Below are positions 19,419-31,871 of a stretch of 48,436 bases of DNA, piece by piece. Below the pieces are notes generated by a model. That model made no database searches and was not told where the DNA came from. It worked only from the letters and a program-made list of their open reading frames with translations. The stretch's first letter is position 1. Every line of letters starts with the position of its first letter. Source of the DNA: Pseudomonadota bacterium (GTDB taxonomy: Bacteria; Bdellovibrionota_B; Oligoflexia; Oligoflexales; CAIYRB01); NCBI GenBank assembly GCA_031416315.1, contig JANOTL010000203.1, positions 1 to 48,436 of the forward strand, given 5' to 3'. The translations under genes and the position numbers were made by a program.

Positions 19419-20144
19419 ATGCGCGCGCGTTGTTTGGGACTCTGGCTGTGGGCGAGCATTGCGGCGGCGGCCGAGCCGAGCGGCGTCAAGGTCGTCGCGC
19501 GCGACGGCACGAGCGGCCCCCTGCCGTGGCCGCACGTCGAGATCGAGGTCGACCTCGGCCGCACGCAGCTCGCCGTCGTCGCGAAAGTCGGCGGCGCGAC
19601 CCTACCCGAGCTAGCGCCAGCCGCCGCGCTCGTGACCGTGAACGGCGGCTACTTCGACGAAGAGTTCCGCCCGATCGGTTGGCTGCGCGACGCGAGCAAG
19701 GAACATCGCAAGCGTGGCAAGCCGAAGCGCGGCGGCGTCCTCGCGTTGAAGGGCGAGCGCGCCTTCGTCGGCACCTTGGGCGCCCTGCCGTATGCGCCGG
19801 AAATGGCGCTTTGGAGCTTTCCATTGCTCGTCAACGCCGGCGCGAGCGGCATGCGCGGCGACGACGGGCGCGAGGCGGCGCGGACCGTCGCCTGCATCCG
19901 CGAAAAGAAGCTCGTCTTCATCTTGATCACGACCGAGCCGCACTCCGGCCCGACCTTGTTCAAGCTCGCCGACCGGCTCGTGCTTTCAGCGGCGAAAGGC
20001 GGCGTCGGCTGCACCGCCGCCCTGAATCTGGACGGCGGACCTTCGACCGGCGTCGTTTTCGGCGAAGCGCTCGCCGCCTGGAAAAAGTACGACCACTTGC
20101 CGATGGGCAAGATCGCGCACGGCCTCGCCGTGCTGCCGAAGTAG
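19419..20144 (+). CDS. Phosphodiester glycosidase (NAGPA/DUF2233) family protein
   Basis: VNGGYF, ARTVAC and ALNLDGGPST motifs; N-terminal signal. Confidence 0.88.
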   Translation: MRARCLGLWLWASIAAAAEPSGVKVVARDGTSGPLPWPHVEIEVDLGRTQLAVVAKVGGATLPELAPAAALVTVNGGYFDEEFRPIGWLRDASKEHRKRGKPKRGGVLALKGERAFVGTLGALPYAPEMALWSFPLLVNAGASGMRGDDGREAARTVACIREKKLVFILITTEPHSGPTLFKLADRLVLSAAKGGVGCTAALNLDGGPSTGVVFGEALAAWKKYDHLPMGKIAHGLAVLPK

Positions 20145-20229
20145 CGGCGCGCCAAAGCGTCGAGGCTCCATTTTCAGATGAGATCGAGTAGAGTGCGCGA
20201 GCCTGCCCCCGTAAAAGGGATCGACTCAC

Positions 20230-20856
20230 ATGCGTCTTTTCGTCGTCGTTGCGCTCGTTCTCGGTGCTTCCTCCGCCTTCGCTGAAGGCAGTCGCCCGTC
20301 GTCCTTCCAGGTCCGCTCGATCGGTTACGCCGGGTCCGGCTGCCCCGCCGGCACGGTCTCGACCAACATCTCGGCCGACAGCCAAGCGTTCTCCCTCCTC
20401 TTCGACAGCTACGTCGTCGACAACTCCCCGGGCCAGCCGCTGAGCCAGACGCGCAAGAACTGCCAAATCACGGCCGACCTCGTCTACCCGGCGGGCTGGT
20501 CGTTCGCGATCCGCTCGGTCACGTTCCGCGGCGTCGCCCGGCTGCAAGCGGGGCAAGCCGCGCAGATCAGCGCAGCCTATTACTATGCGGGCGCGGGGTT
20601 TACCTCGCGTTACTCGGTCAACGTCCGCGGCCCCCTCACAGCAGAATGGGAGGCCTCGGATGCTCTCGGCGATACTGCGGTGACATGGTCGCCGTGCGGC
20701 GCGAACCGTGCGCTCAATCTCAACACGCAGATGCGGCTCACGTCCGCCACCCCGCGCGCTTACGGCAAGATCTCCGTGGGTCACCTGTTCGACTGGCTGC
20801 CCGACACGACCCCAGCGACCCAGCTCAATTTCATTTGGCGCCGCTGCGCTCGCTGA
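20230..20856 (+). CDS. Secreted DUF4360-domain protein
   Basis: Signal ending AFA; GSGCPAGT, SLLFDSY, RKNCQI, WSPCG motifs. Confidence 0.88.
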   Translation: MRLFVVVALVLGASSAFAEGSRPSSFQVRSIGYAGSGCPAGTVSTNISADSQAFSLLFDSYVVDNSPGQPLSQTRKNCQITADLVYPAGWSFAIRSVTFRGVARLQAGQAAQISAAYYYAGAGFTSRYSVNVRGPLTAEWEASDALGDTAVTWSPCGANRALNLNTQMRLTSATPRAYGKISVGHLFDWLPDTTPATQLNFIWRRCAR

Positions 20857-21616
20857 CGAAGAGGTCGGCTACGCGACGGGCCTCGGGCTTGTACTTGTAG
20901 GCGACGCCGGAGAAGACGATGGCGAGTCCGAGGATCGCGGCCGTCGGCTTCCACGTCAGCGAGAACAAGTGCCCGAGCCAGTCGCCGCGCCGCGCCTGCT
21001 TCAGCTCCTTCACCAAGGCTGTGGCCAGGCAAAACTCGAAGAGCGTCTCGGCGAGGATCACCGGCGCTTCGTAGACCAGATAGCCGCCGGCTACGACGAC
21101 GCCGGTCAGCAGCACGCCGAAGACGATCAGGACGAAAGCCCCCTCGTCGTCGACGCCGGGGGCCCAGCTGCTGCTGCTGCCGCCACTACCGCCTTCGCCT
21201 TTCCCGCTGCCGCCGTACTCGCTCGCCGCATAGTTCGCGGACCGCCCCGTCCCCAGCGGGAGCAGATCGGCGCCTTCGCCCGCCACGTCCAGCGCGCTCT
21301 CCGTGCGCCGCCGGACCACCGCTTTGACCTCGTCCGTCATCGCCCAAAGCCAAATCCGCACCATGCCGAGGAAGACTCCGTAAGCGATCAGGACCGCGAA
21401 AGGATAGCGCGTCCAGAGCGGCTCGAGCCCCAGCGCAAACAATGCTTTGTTGGCCAGGATCCCGCTCGCGCCCGTGCACAAGACGATGAGCGTCATGTGC
21501 CCGCGCAGGAAGATCCTCTCCCGCACGCGCGAAAGGAAGCGCTTCTTGTGCGCTAAAGGGTCTTCCGCGACGGAACCAGCCAGTTGGCGAGCAGGATCCC
21601 GAAGCTTATTCCGCAT
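20831..21616 (-). CDS. Hypothetical integral membrane protein (start uncertain)
   Basis: TM helices (HMTLIVLCTGASG, RYPFAVLIAYGVF), G/S-rich loop, APVILAE motif. Confidence 0.75.
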   Translation of the reverse strand: MRNKLRDPARQLAGSVAEDPLAHKKRFLSRVRERIFLRGHMTLIVLCTGASGILANKALFALGLEPLWTRYPFAVLIAYGVFLGMVRIWLWAMTDEVKAVVRRRTESALDVAGEGADLLPLGTGRSANYAASEYGGSGKGEGGSGGSSSSWAPGVDDEGAFVLIVFGVLLTGVVVAGGYLVYEAPVILAETLFEFCLATALVKELKQARRGDWLGHLFSLTWKPTAAILGLAIVFSGVAYKYKPEARRVADLFVSERSGAK

Positions 21617-21983
21617 GTGATGCTCACCGCCTGCAACGAGAGGATGACGGCCTGCTCCATCTGGCTCTGCAGCGCCGCCGAAAAGGCTCGATAAATCGAC
21701 GTCCCCGGCACGAGGAAGATGACGCCGGGGATGAGGAAGCACTGCGCCGGCGCCGAGGTGAAGCGGGCGAAGGCGTGCGCGAGCGAGGCCGTGATCAAGG
21801 CCGCGACAAATGTCGAGAAGCCGACGTGCCAAGCCGCCGGCAAGTAGCGGGGCGCCAGGCAGGACACGAAGCCGACGCAGACCGTGTGCGGGAGATACCG
21901 GATCGGCGTGCGGAAGACGATCGCGAAGCAGATCGCGCCGACGAGCGCGACGCCCATGTTCGGTAGCTGCGCCAGGACCGCAT

Positions 21984-21993
<10 letters not shown>
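21553..21993 (-). CDS. Threonine/serine exporter family, YjjB/ThrE_2 subunit
   Basis: CFAIVFRTP and IPGVIFLVPG..IYRA motifs; 146 aa, 4-5 TM; overlaps its partner gene. Confidence 0.9.
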
Positions 21994-23815
<1,822 letters not shown>

Positions 23816-23839
23816 TCAAAAGCCCGCGGGAGACTCATT

Positions 23840-24376
23840 TTGGCGCAAGTGATCGTCGGCGTCGATCCTGGCACGCGAATCGCGGGCTACGCGTTTCTGC
23901 GCGCCAAGGTCTTGGTCCCGCGCAATCCGCGCGACTTCGAGATCCTCGACGCGGGCGTGCTCCGCGCCGACGTCGACATGCCCTCGACGCAGCGCATCGG
24001 CCTTCTGCACGAGGCGCTTTATGGCCTCATGGCCCAGCACAAGCCCACGGCATGCGTCCTCGAGAAGGCCTTCTTCGGCGAGAACGCCAGCTCCGCGCTC
24101 AAGCTCGGCGAGGCCCGCGGCGCCTTCATCGCCGCGAGCGGCCGCGCCGGCGCCGAGGTCCACGAGATCACGCCGGGCGAGGTGAAGAAGATGATCACGG
24201 GCAACGGCCGCGCGGAGAAGGAGGCCGTCGCCCTGGCGTTGAAAGCCCTGACGGGCTTTGACCGCGGCCGGCTCCCGCACGACGTCACCGACGCCTTGGC
24301 GCTCGCCCTCACGTTCGGCCTCTCGCTTTCCGCGCGCTTTTCCGTCCGCCTTTCCCAGGAGAACCCGCTCCGATGA
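23840..24376 (+). CDS. ruvC: Holliday junction resolvase RuvC
   Basis: GVDPG, LEKAFF, LGEARG, VKK.ITGNGRAEK, DVTDALA; TTG start inferred. Confidence 0.95.
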   Translation: MAQVIVGVDPGTRIAGYAFLRAKVLVPRNPRDFEILDAGVLRADVDMPSTQRIGLLHEALYGLMAQHKPTACVLEKAFFGENASSALKLGEARGAFIAASGRAGAEVHEITPGEVKKMITGNGRAEKEAVALALKALTGFDRGRLPHDVTDALALALTFGLSLSARFSVRLSQENPLR

Positions 24377-25368
24377 ACAAGAACTTCCTGACGAGCTATC
24401 GCTTCTGGGCCTTGGCGAGCTGCCTCGCGACCGTTCTCGTATGGTCTTCGTGCGGTGCCGACGAGTTCAATCTTTGGAAGCCCTTGGCGCAGGACCAGGC
24501 GCTGAAGTCCGACGAGAAAGCGCGCCTCGAGGAGACCAAGGTCAAGCTCGACGCGATGGAGTACGACGAGGCCTTGGCCCTCGTCGAGCCCATGATCGAG
24601 GACGAGTCCACCGACAGCAACGACGCCCGCCTCTTTTACGCCGCCGCCAAGCTCGGCCAGTCGAAGCTCGACCTGTGGTCGGTGATCAAGACCATCGTCG
24701 CGGAGACCTCGGAGACCAACGGCTCGGAATCCAGCAGCGGCGGTGTCGACGACCTCCTGAACAAGCTCTCGGATTCCCTTCTCGGTACGGGCGCCGAGCG
24801 CACCAAACGCATCGCCGCCCTGAACGACGCCGTGACCAAGCTGAAGGCCGCCCCGGATCCGACCGCGAAAGCGGTGCGCAACACCTCATGTATGTTCACC
24901 GCCTTCCTCGCCGTCCCGACCATCGCCGACGCCGAGAAAGTCCTGACCGGCGTCTCCACCGCCCTGTCGCAGATCCAGGCCGCGGCGCAGAGCGGCGGCG
25001 CCGAGTGCCCGAATATCACGCTTCTCGACACGGCCATCGCCGACGCGACGACGCTCCTCGCCAACCTTTCCCTCGTGATCGAGCAGGCGAAAAGCTGTCC
25101 GTTCATCGATACGACGCAGATCGCTTCGCAGATGAACGGCGTCGAGGCGGCCTTGGCCTCGCTCACCGCCGGCGCCGACAAGGGCTGCGCCTCGCTCCCG
25201 ACGTGCCCGGCCGCCTTTCCGAGCTGCCAGTCGCTCTTTCCCGCCTGCGTGCAGGAACTCCTGAAAGTCGGCACGAGCGACGCGCTCGCCGGCGACGGCG
25301 TCATCGCGATGTGCGAGATCGTCCTCCACTGCACGGCCAGCCCGACGGCCTGCTTCAGCGGGACGTGA
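24373..25368 (+). CDS. Hypothetical helical, Cys-rich lipoprotein (331 aa)
   Basis: ATGA overlap with ruvC; signal ending WSS-C; TPR-like hairpin (YDEALAL...ARLFYAAAKLG); 10 further Cys. Confidence 0.85.
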   Translation: MNKNFLTSYRFWALASCLATVLVWSSCGADEFNLWKPLAQDQALKSDEKARLEETKVKLDAMEYDEALALVEPMIEDESTDSNDARLFYAAAKLGQSKLDLWSVIKTIVAETSETNGSESSSGGVDDLLNKLSDSLLGTGAERTKRIAALNDAVTKLKAAPDPTAKAVRNTSCMFTAFLAVPTIADAEKVLTGVSTALSQIQAAAQSGGAECPNITLLDTAIADATTLLANLSLVIEQAKSCPFIDTTQIASQMNGVEAALASLTAGADKGCASLPTCPAAFPSCQSLFPACVQELLKVGTSDALAGDGVIAMCEIVLHCTASPTACFSGT

Positions 25369-25371
25369 AGT

Positions 25372-26178
25372 TCAGCTGGCTTTGAGCCGGAGCCCGCCGC
25401 TGATCCGGCTCACGACCAAGAGCGTCCCCGCCCCAAACGTGATCATGAGCAGGCAAAGAATCTGGCCCATCGAGAGCCCGAGGGTCAGAAGCCCGAGCTG
25501 CGCGTCGGGCTGGCGGAACTGTTCGGCGAAGAGCCGCACGCAGCCGTACATGATCAGATAGAGCCCAGAAAGAGCGCCCGGCGCGAGATCCTTTCGCCGC
25601 TCGTACAGGTAGAGCATGATCGCGAACATCAGCCAGCCTTCGAGCAGCGAATTGTAGAGCTGCGACGGATGCCGCGGCTCCATGCCGGCCGCCGGAAAGA
25701 CCATGCCCCACGCGACGTCGGTGGTTCGACCCCAGAGCTCGCCGTTGATGAAGTTGCCGATGCGGCCGAAGGCGATCCCGAGCGGCACGGCACAGCAGAT
25801 GTGATCCGTGAGGTTCAGGTAGGGGACTTTTTGCACCTTCGCGAAGATCAGGGTCGCCAGCGCGATGCCGATCAAGGCGCCGTGGTACGAGAGCCCGCCC
25901 TGCGACAGCTGCAGGATCTTCTCCGGATGCTCAGCGTAGAACGGGAAATTGTAGACGAGCACGTAGAACGTGCGCGCGCCGAGCATCATGCCGACGACGC
26001 CCGTGAGCATCAGGCTCTCGATCTTGCGTGCGTCGAGCGCCAGCCGTCCCCGCAGCGCGCCGCGGCGCAGCCACCAGAACATGTAGACGATCCCGATCAT
26101 GTACATGACCGAGTACCAGCGCACCTCGCGGCCGAAGACGCTGATCGCGACGGGATCGATTTCGGGATAAGGAATCAT
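25372..26178 (-). CDS. lgt: Prolipoprotein diacylglyceryl transferase
   Basis: IDPVA, RWYS, GGLSYHGA, GRIGNFINGELWGR, RHPSQLY, EQFRQPD. Confidence 0.98.
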   Translation of the reverse strand: MIPYPEIDPVAISVFGREVRWYSVMYMIGIVYMFWWLRRGALRGRLALDARKIESLMLTGVVGMMLGARTFYVLVYNFPFYAEHPEKILQLSQGGLSYHGALIGIALATLIFAKVQKVPYLNLTDHICCAVPLGIAFGRIGNFINGELWGRTTDVAWGMVFPAAGMEPRHPSQLYNSLLEGWLMFAIMLYLYERRKDLAPGALSGLYLIMYGCVRLFAEQFRQPDAQLGLLTLGLSMGQILCLLMITFGAGTLLVVSRISGGLRLKAS

Positions 26179-26360
26179 CGTGGCGATGAGTATAACAGAC
26201 CGCGGGTTTCAGGGCAGGCAATACCCGGAAATCACGATGGTTTTCTTAGTATCTATGAAATGACGCATAATAAACGTTAAAACACGCATAACAAAGCTTG
26301 ACTCGGATATTAGAATCGCGTAATAACTCGGCGTACCCAGATACCCCCCCGGAGGATTTC

Positions 26361-27818
<1,458 letters not shown>

Positions 27819-27839
27819 GCCAGGCGGTAGAATGCCGGC

Positions 27840-28529
27840 ATGCGCTCGCCGTTCGCCGCCTTCCTGCTCCTCTTCAGCTCCGTCTCCGCAAATGCGCAGA
27901 CGCCGCCGGCGCGTCCGGAGGAGGGCGTCCTGCTCATCGGCGACTCGCTGATGAAGGCCGGCGTCGGCCCGATCCTGAAGAAGACCTTCAAGGATCGCGT
28001 CGCGGGGCCCGTGGACAACAAGGCGAAGTCCGGCAGCGGCCTGGCGCGACCGGACTATTGGGACTGGCCGAAGAAGGCGCGCGAGCTCCTCGGAGACCCG
28101 CGTTACAAGACCGTCGTGATGCTCTTGGGCGCCAACGACTGCCAGACGGTGACCGACGCCAGCGGCGCGCACCACAAGTTCGACACCCCTGGTTGGCGCG
28201 CCGAGTACGGCGCGCGCGTGCGCTCGCTCGCGGATTTGCTGTGCGAGGGCGGGCGCAAAGTCTACTGGCTCGGGCTGCCGCCGATGGAGAAGGTCTCGTT
28301 CAGCAAACGCATCGCCCTTCTCGACGCGTTCCTCGCGACTAGTTTCGCCGGCGGCGAGACCTGCGTGCGCTACGTGCCGATGGACGTTCTCGCCGCACAA
28401 GGCGGGCAATATGCGTCGCGGTTGCGGGTCAACAAACGCCGCGTCCGGGTGCGCGAGCCGGATGGGGTGCATATCACACAATCCGGCGGAATGTTGGTTG
28501 CGGACGCCCTGTTACGGGCGCTCCAATGA
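27840..28529 (+). CDS. Secreted SGNH/GDSL hydrolase (DUF459-like)
   Basis: GDSL, SGLARPDYWDW, LGAND, DGVH motifs. Confidence 0.9.
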   Translation: MRSPFAAFLLLFSSVSANAQTPPARPEEGVLLIGDSLMKAGVGPILKKTFKDRVAGPVDNKAKSGSGLARPDYWDWPKKARELLGDPRYKTVVMLLGANDCQTVTDASGAHHKFDTPGWRAEYGARVRSLADLLCEGGRKVYWLGLPPMEKVSFSKRIALLDAFLATSFAGGETCVRYVPMDVLAAQGGQYASRLRVNKRRVRVREPDGVHITQSGGMLVADALLRALQ

Positions 28530-28562
28530 ACTTCCGCGGGTGAAGCGTGCTAAAATCAAGAG

Positions 28563-31181
28563 ATGCGCCAAACCCCTGAAAGCTCGCTGCAGCTCGCACG
28601 GCTCGTGCGGCTCGCGCGCGACCATGAGCTCGCGGATTCCACCCGTGAGCTGGTGAAGTCTTTGCTCTTGCGCGGCATTCTCGGGGACGCCGAGGATGAG
28701 GCGAAGGACGCCGCGCTCGAGAACGCCGCGCGCCTCGCCGCGGCCGAGACGCGGGCCTTGCGCGAATCCGACGCCCGCGCCGCGCAAGCCGCCGGCCCGA
28801 AGCGCGCCGCGGCCGCCGCGCGCGCCACCGCCCCGCGGGATCCGATCCCGCCGCGCGCGAAGGCCGAAGCCGAGCTCGTCGAGCTGCGCATCCGTCAGCT
28901 CGTCGAGCTCGAAGCCGGCTGGGACAAGATCGAGCCCTTGGCGTGGGAGCTCTTCTCCCTCGTCACCACGCCGCGCGTCGGCGCGCGCATCCTCGAGCTC
29001 GTCTTCCTCCACGGCGCGACGCAGGACGTCGAAAACGTCGTCGTCAAGCTCAAGCATCACGTCCCCGAGTTCTACCGCGACGTTCACGCGGCCGTGCGCG
29101 CGCACCTCTGCGTGCGGTTCTGGCGCGAAGGCGGCGGCGAGGCCCTCGTCTCGATGCTCTTTCGCGACAAAGACGAGGCCTTTCTGCAGCCCGTCGAGCG
29201 CCTGTTCGTCTTCCTGACGCTGAACGCGCAGAAAGACAATGCGACCGCCTACATCTACTTCCGCCGGTACCGAAGGGAGCTCCTCGACGCCGTCGGCTCG
29301 ATCGGCCCGCACCTCGAGCTTTCGCTCTCCCGCTTCCACCTCAGCGTCGGCGCGATGGCGATCGACGCCGGCTACGATCAGGACGCGCGCGAGCTTTTGG
29401 AGCAGATCCGTCCCGAGGATCCCGACCACGACGAAGCGCTGACGCTCCTGCTCAACGTCGCCGCCGATCGCTCGCGCGCCGGCCGCAGCCATTACGTGGA
29501 GAGCCTCCTTCAGCACACCGACTCGCGGGAGCGCTTGGCGTTGCTCGCCAAGTTTCTCGGCGCGACGCGCGGCCTCGGCGGCTTCAAGGACCGAAACCGC
29601 CCGGCCCTCAACGAGATCCTGAAGAATCCGCTCGAGTGGTTCGCCGAAGAGGCCGAGATCTACGGCGCGCTCTCCGAGCTCCTCGTCTCCAACCGCGATC
29701 TCGAGACCTTGCTGCCGAACCTGCTCGACGTCTTCAAGCAGCAATCGACCAAGTTCTTGAGCCCCGTCCTCGACGGCGCGCTCTGGCAAGGGCCGCTCGG
29801 CCTGCCACCGCCGGATTCGGCGCGCGACCGCTTCTACCAAGGCTGCGCTTTCCTGCACCAGTACGTGAGCTGCGGCCTCGCCGCGGAAAAATCCCTGTGG
29901 CAGGCGCGCGACCTGATCCTCGAGGCGCGTCGCGACGCGCGCATGCCGATGCCGCACGACTGGCGCGAGCTGCACAAAGCCGCGGTCGCCTGGGTCGCGA
30001 AGAATCGCTACCTGATGGAGACCGATCGTGCGCGCATGCTCCTCCAGCTCAAGGTGGCGCTCGACCCCGGCTCGGTGATCACGGCCGACGTCGAGGAATA
30101 CATCGAGCAGACCGAGACGCCGCCAGTCCACGTGCTGCAGAAGCTCGAGCGTCTGGCCGAGGCGAAGGCCGCGCCGGCCTTGGAATGCCGTCTCATCCTA
30201 AAGCGCGCCGAGATCACCCACCTCACCAACGTCGACCTAGACCGCCTCTGGACCCTCGCCGCCGCCCGCAAGGAGCCCGACCTTTCCTGGCGCGTCGCCA
30301 CCGTCCTGCACGCGCGCCGCTCGCTCATGCCGAGCGTGCGCCACGCCTGGGAGATCTCGGGCGAGAAACGTAGCCTCTACGAGTTCGTGCCGCCCTCCAA
30401 GCAAGCGGTCGAGCGCTGCCTCAAAGGCTTCTCGCCGAAAGCGGCGCGCCTCGCCTTCGCATTGGTGCACATCGGCCCCGTGCTGCCGGAGCTCTTGGCC
30501 CTCATCGACGAGGGCGCGAAGCCGATGCGCGTTTCCGGCCACCCGACGGACAGCGTCGAGTCCTCGGCCGAAAAGCTGCTTTCCGGCCTCTCTTGGCTCG
30601 CGACCCCGAAGAAGCGCTACCGCTTCAGCCACGAGTCTGCCGTCGCGCCGGGTCTCACCGTCCCGGGCTTCATGCAGGTCTTGCCGGCGAACCCCTGGGC
30701 CATCCTCGTCGCCAAGCTGTCCGAGCGTTTCGGCATCAACGCCTGGGGCTGGAAGCTGTCGACCCTGAACAACCTCATCGTCGACCTGATTCCGCGGCTC
30801 GCGACGCGCGCCGATTTGCGGCATCAGTCGGGGCGCGTCGCGCAGTGGCTGAAGACGCTCGCGCCCGAGCAGCGCGCCGCATGGAGTGATCTGTCGCAGC
30901 TGACGCGCGCGATGAGCGACGACGAGGCGCAAGATGCTCTTGCGACCTTCGTCTGCCGCCTCGCGACGCTCATGTATCAGAACCACTACCTCGCCTTGAC
31001 CTCGCTGCAGGCGATGCGCGCCCGCGTCGCGGTGATCTGGGATCTCGAGCGCTGGATCGTGAGCGACGGCTATTCGGAGCTTCGCCGCAAGCTCGAGACG
31101 GCCAACCGCGTCCTCGTCCCCAATTCCCTGCAACGTCTCACCGTGATCGCCGTACCGCCCCGGCCGGAGACCAAGCCGTGA
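28563..31181 (+). CDS. Large all-alpha hypothetical protein (872 aa)
   Basis: Long ORF with strong codon bias; extended -10 TGCTAAAAT just upstream; TPR-like segments. Confidence 0.88.
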   Translation: MRQTPESSLQLARLVRLARDHELADSTRELVKSLLLRGILGDAEDEAKDAALENAARLAAAETRALRESDARAAQAAGPKRAAAAARATAPRDPIPPRAKAEAELVELRIRQLVELEAGWDKIEPLAWELFSLVTTPRVGARILELVFLHGATQDVENVVVKLKHHVPEFYRDVHAAVRAHLCVRFWREGGGEALVSMLFRDKDEAFLQPVERLFVFLTLNAQKDNATAYIYFRRYRRELLDAVGSIGPHLELSLSRFHLSVGAMAIDAGYDQDARELLEQIRPEDPDHDEALTLLLNVAADRSRAGRSHYVESLLQHTDSRERLALLAKFLGATRGLGGFKDRNRPALNEILKNPLEWFAEEAEIYGALSELLVSNRDLETLLPNLLDVFKQQSTKFLSPVLDGALWQGPLGLPPPDSARDRFYQGCAFLHQYVSCGLAAEKSLWQARDLILEARRDARMPMPHDWRELHKAAVAWVAKNRYLMETDRARMLLQLKVALDPGSVITADVEEYIEQTETPPVHVLQKLERLAEAKAAPALECRLILKRAEITHLTNVDLDRLWTLAAARKEPDLSWRVATVLHARRSLMPSVRHAWEISGEKRSLYEFVPPSKQAVERCLKGFSPKAARLAFALVHIGPVLPELLALIDEGAKPMRVSGHPTDSVESSAEKLLSGLSWLATPKKRYRFSHESAVAPGLTVPGFMQVLPANPWAILVAKLSERFGINAWGWKLSTLNNLIVDLIPRLATRADLRHQSGRVAQWLKTLAPEQRAAWSDLSQLTRAMSDDEAQDALATFVCRLATLMYQNHYLALTSLQAMRARVAVIWDLERWIVSDGYSELRRKLETANRVLVPNSLQRLTVIAVPPRPETKP

Positions 31182-31744
31182 GATCTGCTGTCTTTGCGCC
31201 GCTCTTCCTGCTCCTCCTTCTCTCGCTGCCGCTCCCCGCCCATGCCGAAGACGGCCTCAGCCGCGTCCGCCTCACCGAGACCTCGATCACCGAGCGAGGG
31301 CGGGTCGAAGGCAACCACTTCCGCATGAAGACCAAAGGCTTCGGCTTGGGGTACATCGCGAGCTGCGGTTTCGGCGCGCACCTCACCAGCCTGACGACCA
31401 AGGGCGAAGACGAGGGGGCAGGCGGCCTCACCTTCGCCGAGCTGAAGCACACCTCGCTCGACGCCTCCTACACCCACAGCTTTCTCGACGGGCATCTCCT
31501 CCTCACGGGCGGCCTGGGCCTGGGCCTCGGCGGCAGCGCCAAGACGACCTCCCGCGCGGCGCCCGAGGCGCGGGAGACCAAGGACTTCCAATCGAAAGTC
31601 TTGTTTTTCGGCCCCGGCTTCTCGATCGGCTTCTTCGAGGTCTATTGGATCCATCGCCGCAACTATCTGAGCTACGAAGGCGGCGACCTGAAGATGGAAT
31701 CCGAGCACTACCAACTTGGCTTGGGTGCGCATTTCAAGCTATGA
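31178..31744 (+). CDS. Outer-membrane beta-barrel protein
   Basis: GTGA overlap; signal ending AHA; amphipathic strands; ends YQLGLGAHFKL. Confidence 0.78.
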   Translation: MRSAVFAPLFLLLLLSLPLPAHAEDGLSRVRLTETSITERGRVEGNHFRMKTKGFGLGYIASCGFGAHLTSLTTKGEDEGAGGLTFAELKHTSLDASYTHSFLDGHLLLTGGLGLGLGGSAKTTSRAAPEARETKDFQSKVLFFGPGFSIGFFEVYWIHRRNYLSYEGGDLKMESEHYQLGLGAHFKL

Positions 31745-31802
31745 GACGCGGGCTCTAATCTCCCGAAACGACGGCGAAAGAGCGGGTCTCTGGCAATTCC
31801 CC

Positions 31803-31830
31803 TCAAGCGGGCGCAGACTGCGGCCGATAG
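31803..31830 (+). promoter_or_regulatory. sigma28-type promoter
   Basis: TCAAG-N15-GCCGATAG, 41 nt before ATG 31872. Confidence 0.7.
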
Positions 31831-31871
31831 GGATGGCGAGCCCTCCAATGCCTCTCTTGAAAGGTCGCGTG

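Noticed and set aside
23869..23883. sigma54-like TGGCACG-N4-TCGC
   Set aside because: Lies inside ruvC and is explained by the conserved DPGTRIA codons.
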